Below, piece by piece: positions 57,307 through 64,000 of a stretch of 64,000 nt of DNA. The notes under the pieces were generated by a model. It ran no database searches, was not told the origin of the DNA, and saw nothing but the letters and a program-made list of their open reading frames with translations. Location: contig JASGJH010000001.1 in the NCBI GenBank assembly GCA_047601445.1, positions 384,001 to 448,000 on the forward strand. The letters are read 5' to 3'. The stretch's first letter is position 1. Every line of letters starts with the position of its first letter. This DNA is from Myxococcales bacterium (GTDB taxonomy: Bacteria; Myxococcota_A; Polyangia; Polyangiales; DASUME01). A program made the translations under genes and the position numbers.

Positions 57307-57386
57307 AGGGTAAGCGCAGGCGTGGTCGGGTAATCGTCGGTAGGTTCACCCGAACTGGCAAGCAGGCCTGCAGGAACGCAGTGTTC

Positions 57387-57416
57387 TTGCGGGCTTAAAT
57401 TTGCCCTGTGTACAAT
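57387..57416 (+). promoter_or_regulatory. Putative sigma70 promoter of the second OmpA gene
   Basis: TTGCGG-N18-TACAAT with an AT-rich spacer. Confidence 0.4.
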
Positions 57417-57424
57417 CGCTTACG

Positions 57425-58949
<1,525 letters not shown>

Positions 58950-58953
<4 letters not shown>

Positions 58954-60164
58954 GACCCATGACCTCCTCGTTCCTGCGTTCGTTGATTGTCGCCTTCGGG
59001 ATCGCTGGCTGTGGCAGTCCCCTCGTGGGGCTCGAATGCGCCAAAAACCTCGACCGCTGCGGTAGCGGTTGCTTCGACTTGCGCGCCGACGAGGCGCACT
59101 GCGGTGGTTGCGACGTCGCATGCGCGAGCGGCGAGCAGTGCGTGGACTCCATGTGCATGCCTGGTCTGCCGAACGACGGAGGCCCGGGGGACGCCGGCAA
59201 CGACGCGGGCCCGCAGGACGCCGGCAATGATGCCGGCCCCGTGACGCCGCCCGCTTGCATGGGACCGGGCTCGCCTGCCAACTGCGTGTGCGGACTGGGC
59301 CAGCTCAAGTGCGTCGACACCTGCAAGGACGTGGCGACCGACCCCGAGAACTGCGGCACCTGCGGGCACGCGTGCGATCCAGGGGACTTCTGTGTAGGCG
59401 GCATGTGCTTCGCCACCTGCGAGCAGCCCCTCGCTCAGTGCGGTCCGTACTGCATCGATCTGCAGAACGATCCCTTCAACTGCGGCGCGTGCGGCAACGT
59501 GTGTGAGTCCCGCATCTGCACCGAGGGCGAGTGCATCGGCGCGACCGCCGGCCATCTGGTCGCCATGGGGCACGACCTCACCAACAACACTCCGGCCACA
59601 CGTCGCCTGCTCGGCAATGCCGTGTTCATCCCGCTGGCCGATCCGGTCCGCGTGCTGGTGTTCGACGAGAAGTCGACCGACGCGGTGAAGATGGGCGTCG
59701 AGAGCGCGCTGACCACGATGGCCAACACGACCGGTCGCATGTACACGCCCACCACGACCACCTCGCTGGCCGTGACCTTCTTGCTCAGCATGTCGGACGT
59801 CTTCCTCATCGAAGCGCAGTCCGCGGCCACCAACGAGCAGCTGATCAAGAATGGCGAGACCTGGTCGGTGGCGCTCCAGCAGTTCCTGCAGCGGGGCGGC
59901 GTGATCGTGATGATGGACGGCCCCGGTGGGTCCAACGACGGCACCTACCAGATCCTCAAGGCGGCAGGACTGTTCGATGCGGCCGCGCGGGTCCCGGTGG
60001 GCCGCAAGCCGCTCTCGCTGGTGGCGCCCTCGGACGCCGTGGCAACGGCAGTGCCCACCATGTACCAGGGCGGCAACGAGACGGTCGGCTTCGACATCTC
60101 GGCCAGCACCGTGGTGGTGAAAGACGATCAGAACACGCCTGTGGTCATTCACATCGCGCGCTGA
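58950..60164 (+). CDS. Cysteine-rich lipoprotein with C-terminal alpha/beta domain
   Basis: IAGC lipobox; three D..(N/H)CG.C...C.....C....C modules; DAGNDAGP repeat; ATGA overlap with the OmpA gene. Confidence 0.88.
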
Positions 60165-60167
60165 GCG

Positions 60168-61025
60168 TCAGTCGCCGCGACGCAGCACTTCCACGGCCTC
60201 GGCGTGGTCCCCGTCGATGAAGAGGTCGACGTGGTGATGGAAGAGCCCATTGCGGTCCTCGAAGATGCGCGGCACCCGGGCTGCGTTGATGTAGAGGATT
60301 CCCTCGTTGCGCTCGTACCAGCGCCGGCGTCCGCCGCCGAGCAGGCGGTGGTGCATGTGACCCGCGACGACGGCCAATACCTTCTTGCCGATGGCGCGCG
60401 CATGCTCGATGGCCACCCGCAGGTCCTCGTCGCCGAAGTCGCCTTCTTCACGCCGAAAGTCCACGCCCCATAGGTCGGTCCGGCGCGGTCCGAGCCCGGT
60501 GGGCCCGTTGTGCGCCAGGAAGATCACGCGCTCGGCGGTGCTCTCGTTCACACACTGCTTGAGGCGCTCGATGCTGTCCTCCAGGCTGCGCACGCCGAAG
60601 GCCGTGGCCATGTGCGGGGCGAAGCTGATGCTGGAACCGCCCATGGCGTGGGGACGCCCAGCGATCACGTCCAGGCCGTGCTCGAGTTGGTGCACGCTGT
60701 AGCCGCCCACCTGGACGCCGCCCACGGCCTCCCGGAGCGCGTTCACGCGCTTCTCGTGTCCGAGCGAGGTGATGCGGATGAGGCTCGGCCGACGGGTGAT
60801 CTCCGCGGCGAGCTGGGCGGGGTGCACCGCGTCGTGGTTGCCCGGCACCAGCAAGGCCGGCTTGTCCAGCTGAGCCAGTTCGGCCGCGGCAAGCAGCCCG
60901 CGCTGAAGCGAGTAATTGTAGATGTCGCCCACGAACAACAGAGCGTCGTGGTCGGACGCATTGAAGTAGGCCGTGTCGACCTCATTCCACGCGTGATGCA
61001 CGTCGCCGATGATCGCCAGCTTCAT
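60168..61025 (-). CDS. Metallophosphoesterase (TIGR04168/DevT-like)
   Basis: Motifs GDVH, VGD, GNHD, AHNGPTGLG, DFGDEDL and GHMHH. Confidence 0.88.
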   Translation of the reverse strand: MKLAIIGDVHHAWNEVDTAYFNASDHDALLFVGDIYNYSLQRGLLAAAELAQLDKPALLVPGNHDAVHPAQLAAEITRRPSLIRITSLGHEKRVNALREAVGGVQVGGYSVHQLEHGLDVIAGRPHAMGGSSISFAPHMATAFGVRSLEDSIERLKQCVNESTAERVIFLAHNGPTGLGPRRTDLWGVDFRREEGDFGDEDLRVAIEHARAIGKKVLAVVAGHMHHRLLGGGRRRWYERNEGILYINAARVPRIFEDRNGLFHHHVDLFIDGDHAEAVEVLRRGD

Positions 61026-61080
61026 GACCCCGGATCTCGGAACCTCGACGTAGCACGCTGCGCCCGTCGGACCAAGCTGC

Positions 61081-62055
61081 TCACAGGCGCTTGGAGATCA
61101 GGCTCTGCTTGCGAAGCTCGGAGAGGTAGGCGACCTCCTGCTTGGCCATCGATTGATCGAGCATCTCCCGATAAATCTCGTTCTTGACCTGCTGATAGCT
61201 ACCGATGGCCTGCTCGCCCTCGCGGCGTTCCCGCAACAGGAAGATGTGGTAGCCCGACGGTCCCCGGACCGGGGCGCTGATCTGGCCGGGCTCCAGGCTC
61301 ACCAGGGCCTGGGCCAACGACTCGGGTAGGTCAGATTGCCGTACCCAGCCCAAGTCTCCACCGCCCACGCTGGCCATGGTGCCGTCGAAGGTCTCGGGCG
61401 TGAGCCCTCCACGCACGCGCTCCGCGCGCGTACGGGCCTCGGCGAGCTGGGTCGCGGTGCTCTCCTCGACTGGGACGAACACGTGCGCCACGTGGAACTG
61501 CGCCGCCTTGCGGGCGTCGCGCAGCTGCTCCTCGTATTTCCGGCGCACGTCGTCCTCGGTGATGTTCACGCGCGTGCGGACCTTCTGGTTCACCACCTTG
61601 AGGCGCAGCAGCTGGCGCCGCACGTCGGCCTTGTACTGCTCCTCCACGAAGCCCTGTCCGCGCACGGCTTCCCAGAAATCGGGCTCGCTGAGGCCGCTCT
61701 GCTTCTGCACGTTCTCGATGGCGCGGTCGACGTCGGTGCTGGTCACGCTGACCGTCAGCTTGCGCGCCTCCTGCTCCAGCAGGCGCTCGTCGATCAGCTG
61801 GTTCAACAGCTCGCCGTAGAGCTGCGCCATGAGCGACATGCGCTGCATTTCCGGCGCCTGCATCAAGCGTGGCAAGAAGGGGGTGGCTCGGGTGCGCAGC
61901 TCACTCAAGAGCAGCGGATCACCGTTCACCACCGCCACCACGCGCTCGATGGTCTCGCCGAGCTGGGGCTTGGCCTCTTCCGCGCGCGCGCTCGGCAGCG
62001 AGGCGAGCGAGAGTAGGGCGGCAGCGCAGCAGGCGGCGAGGGAAGGGGTCTTCAC
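61081..62055 (-). CDS. surA: SurA-like periplasmic chaperone/PPIase
   Basis: ERVVAVVNG, LIDERLL, GGDLGW, ISAPVRGPSGYHI; signal peptide. Confidence 0.85.
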   Translation of the reverse strand: MKTPSLAACCAAALLSLASLPSARAEEAKPQLGETIERVVAVVNGDPLLLSELRTRATPFLPRLMQAPEMQRMSLMAQLYGELLNQLIDERLLEQEARKLTVSVTSTDVDRAIENVQKQSGLSEPDFWEAVRGQGFVEEQYKADVRRQLLRLKVVNQKVRTRVNITEDDVRRKYEEQLRDARKAAQFHVAHVFVPVEESTATQLAEARTRAERVRGGLTPETFDGTMASVGGGDLGWVRQSDLPESLAQALVSLEPGQISAPVRGPSGYHIFLLRERREGEQAIGSYQQVKNEIYREMLDQSMAKQEVAYLSELRKQSLISKRL

Positions 62056-63125
62056 GGGGCGGGGCTTTCCTTGGCGGCGGCAGGAGCCTGCTTCTTGGGC
62101 TTGGCGGGCGAAGTGGGCGCTACGGCTGGCACGGCCCCGAACTCGACCTTGAGCTGATCGAGCAGCGCCATGTTCTCCTCCACTTTGGCCTTATCGCGCA
62201 GGGATTTCACGAAGCTCTCCACCATGGCCTCGCGCTTTTCGCGCCACAGCTTGTGCTGAATCGGGCGGCGCGCCTGGTCGAGCGTGCGAGCGAGCTCCTT
62301 GCGGCGTCCGGTGAGCTTCAGGATGTGGTAGCCCTCGTTGCTCTTCACCAGCTGGGGGTAAATCTCGCCGACCTCGTTGAGCGTGAACGCGGCGGTAGCG
62401 ACGGAGTCGGGGACGGGTGGGTCTCCCTCCACGCGCTGCGCAGGCAACGAGAAGAACTGCAAATCTCCGAAGCGCTGCGCGGTGACCGGGTCTTCGCTCT
62501 GATTCGAGGCGAGCTCCCGGAACAGCTTGTTGTCGTCCTTGTTGTCGAGGACTTGCTTGAGGACCTTCTTGGCCTTGGCCTCGTCCTTGATGAGGATCTG
62601 GCTCGCGCGCACCTGGGCAGGCTTGTTGTACTCCTGCGGGTGGCCGTTGTAGTAGGCCTCGATCTCCTGATCGGTGATGTCGCTCAGCTTGACCTTGTCC
62701 TCGAACTCGGACTTCATCATCTGCTGGATCATCACCTGCTTCTTGGTGTTCACCACCTCGTCGGTGGCATCGAGTCCGCGCCGCGTGGCTTCGCGCGCCA
62801 ACAACTCGAACTTCACGAGCTCGTCGAGCAGCTCACGACGGCGCTCTGGGCTCGTGTAGCGCGCGCGCAGGTAGGGGCTCTTGTCGGCTAGCTGATCCGC
62901 AAAGTCGCCGACCGTGATGGTGGTGTCACCGATCACGACCAGCGGCTGCTTGGCTTGATCGGGCGTGAGACCGTGCTTGGTCGCCGGCGCTTTGTCCTGC
63001 ACCTTGTTGGCGTCGGACTTATTGCACGCCCCCGAGAGCAGCAGGCTCGACGCCAACACCGCGTTTCGAAGGACCCCGGACCAGCTGCCCGATAGGGCTC
63101 CCAGCTTCACCGATTTTCGCTGCAT
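62052..63125 (-). CDS. PpiC-type peptidyl-prolyl isomerase lipoprotein
   Basis: SGAC lipobox; VRASQIL, F.ELA...SED, GDL, VKSNEGYHIL. Confidence 0.9.
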   Translation of the reverse strand: MQRKSVKLGALSGSWSGVLRNAVLASSLLLSGACNKSDANKVQDKAPATKHGLTPDQAKQPLVVIGDTTITVGDFADQLADKSPYLRARYTSPERRRELLDELVKFELLAREATRRGLDATDEVVNTKKQVMIQQMMKSEFEDKVKLSDITDQEIEAYYNGHPQEYNKPAQVRASQILIKDEAKAKKVLKQVLDNKDDNKLFRELASNQSEDPVTAQRFGDLQFFSLPAQRVEGDPPVPDSVATAAFTLNEVGEIYPQLVKSNEGYHILKLTGRRKELARTLDQARRPIQHKLWREKREAMVESFVKSLRDKAKVEENMALLDQLKVEFGAVPAVAPTSPAKPKKQAPAAAKESPAP

Positions 63126-63263
63126 ACGCGCGACTTTACCCCACTATAAGGCGAACCTAGGGTGGGTACCATAAGGGCCCCGCCCGAGCAAGCATGGCGC
63201 ACCCTTCGGACGGCCCATTTGACGGGCCTCCCGGGGGAGGTTTCTGTCACACTCGGGCCACCG

Positions 63264-64000
63264 ATGAACGTGGAAGGACCCGATCCCGGAATGCGCGAGA
63301 GCCAGCTCTTGCGGGCCCTGGCCGAGCAAACCGCGCCGCGGCCGGTGAGTTGGCTGATGGTCGTGGCCCTGGTGGTGGTCGGCTCGGCGGCGATCCTGCT
63401 CCTCGTGGGCAGCCTGGGACCCCTGCGCCACAAACCCCGCCTCACGCTGGAACCACCGGTGGACCCCCAGCTTCTGAAGGCTGCCGTGTCAGCCTACGAG
63501 CGCGCCGACTGGGACAGCGCCGAGCGCTATTTCCGCACCATCCACGAGCGCTATCCGGCCAATGCCCGAAGTCAGGACTACCTGGATCGCATCGAGCTCA
63601 CGCGCCGGGACGCGGAGCTGTTGGCGCGCGCCGAGGAGTCGCTGGTGGCGGGCCAGCCCGAGCGTGCACGCATCCTTTCGGAGCGCGTGTCCCCCAACAG
63701 CCGCCTGTTTGCGCAGGCCGAGGGGGTCACCCGCAGCGCGCTCGCCCACGGGTCGTCAGCCGAGCCACCGCGCCAAGACGGGGTGGCCGTCGACGTGAAG
63801 GCGGCGCTCGGCGAGGCCCTGTCGCGCTACGAGGACGGCAAGTTCCAGGAAGCAGTCTCGAGGGCGCAGGGGCTCGCTCAACGCGCCACGGGTGTCGCCC
63901 AGCTGGAGCTGCAGCGCTGGGCCTCGGATGCGCGCGAATTCGGCGGAATCCAGCCGGTCGTGAGCAGCCTCTCGGCGGGCACGGACGACGCAGCCGTGTT
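63264..64000 (+). CDS. Membrane-anchored TPR-like protein (3' end outside the window)
   Basis: Frame is open from ATG 63264 to the window end: TM WLMVVALVVVGSAAILLLV then helical repeats. Absent from the ORF track because it has no stop. Confidence 0.8.
   Translation, partial: MNVEGPDPGMRESQLLRALAEQTAPRPVSWLMVVALVVVGSAAILLLVGSLGPLRHKPRLTLEPPVDPQLLKAAVSAYERADWDSAERYFRTIHERYPANARSQDYLDRIELTRRDAELLARAEESLVAGQPERARILSERVSPNSRLFAQAEGVTRSALAHGSSAEPPRQDGVAVDVKAALGEALSRYEDGKFQEAVSRAQGLAQRATGVAQLELQRWASDAREFGGIQPVVSSLSAGTDDAAV

Overview
A GC-rich chromosomal segment that looks myxobacterial (Myxococcota, probably Polyangiales). This is inferred from gene content: giant TPR proteins, FHA-TPR, TSP3-OmpA proteins, a vWA lipoprotein, Cys-rich lipoproteins, a Ser/Thr kinase, and an extra DnaK with its own J-protein. 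It is mostly core and envelope genome: argB-argD-argF, a J/TPR-dnaK-wHTH cluster, a CorC/HlyC protein, pdxH, two csp paralogues, panD, tRNA-Leu(TAA), mtnP, thiD, parC-parE and two SurA/PpiC PPIases. I see no mobile element, prophage or CRISPR array. Four genes are broken by single-base indels (about 8269, 9460, 17173, 57772), most likely sequencing or assembly errors. The most notable non-obvious signals are: (1) a single stem-loop with two bulged As abutting the panD ribosome-binding site, fitting the pan RNA motif; (2) a shared GTAACA-N4/5-TGTTAC operator-like element in the promoters of adjacent FHA and TSP3-OmpA genes; (3) a TSP3-OmpA barrel coupled to a Cys-rich lipoprotein (TraAB-like architecture); (4) a pseudokinase-sensor/kinase pair; (5) an orphan FliH/SctL C-terminal domain gene; (6) a DnaK flanked by two proteins sharing a GF(V/L)LSRIDG domain; (7) matching 3'-UTR hairpins behind both csp genes. 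All family calls come from reading motifs by eye; no searches were run.
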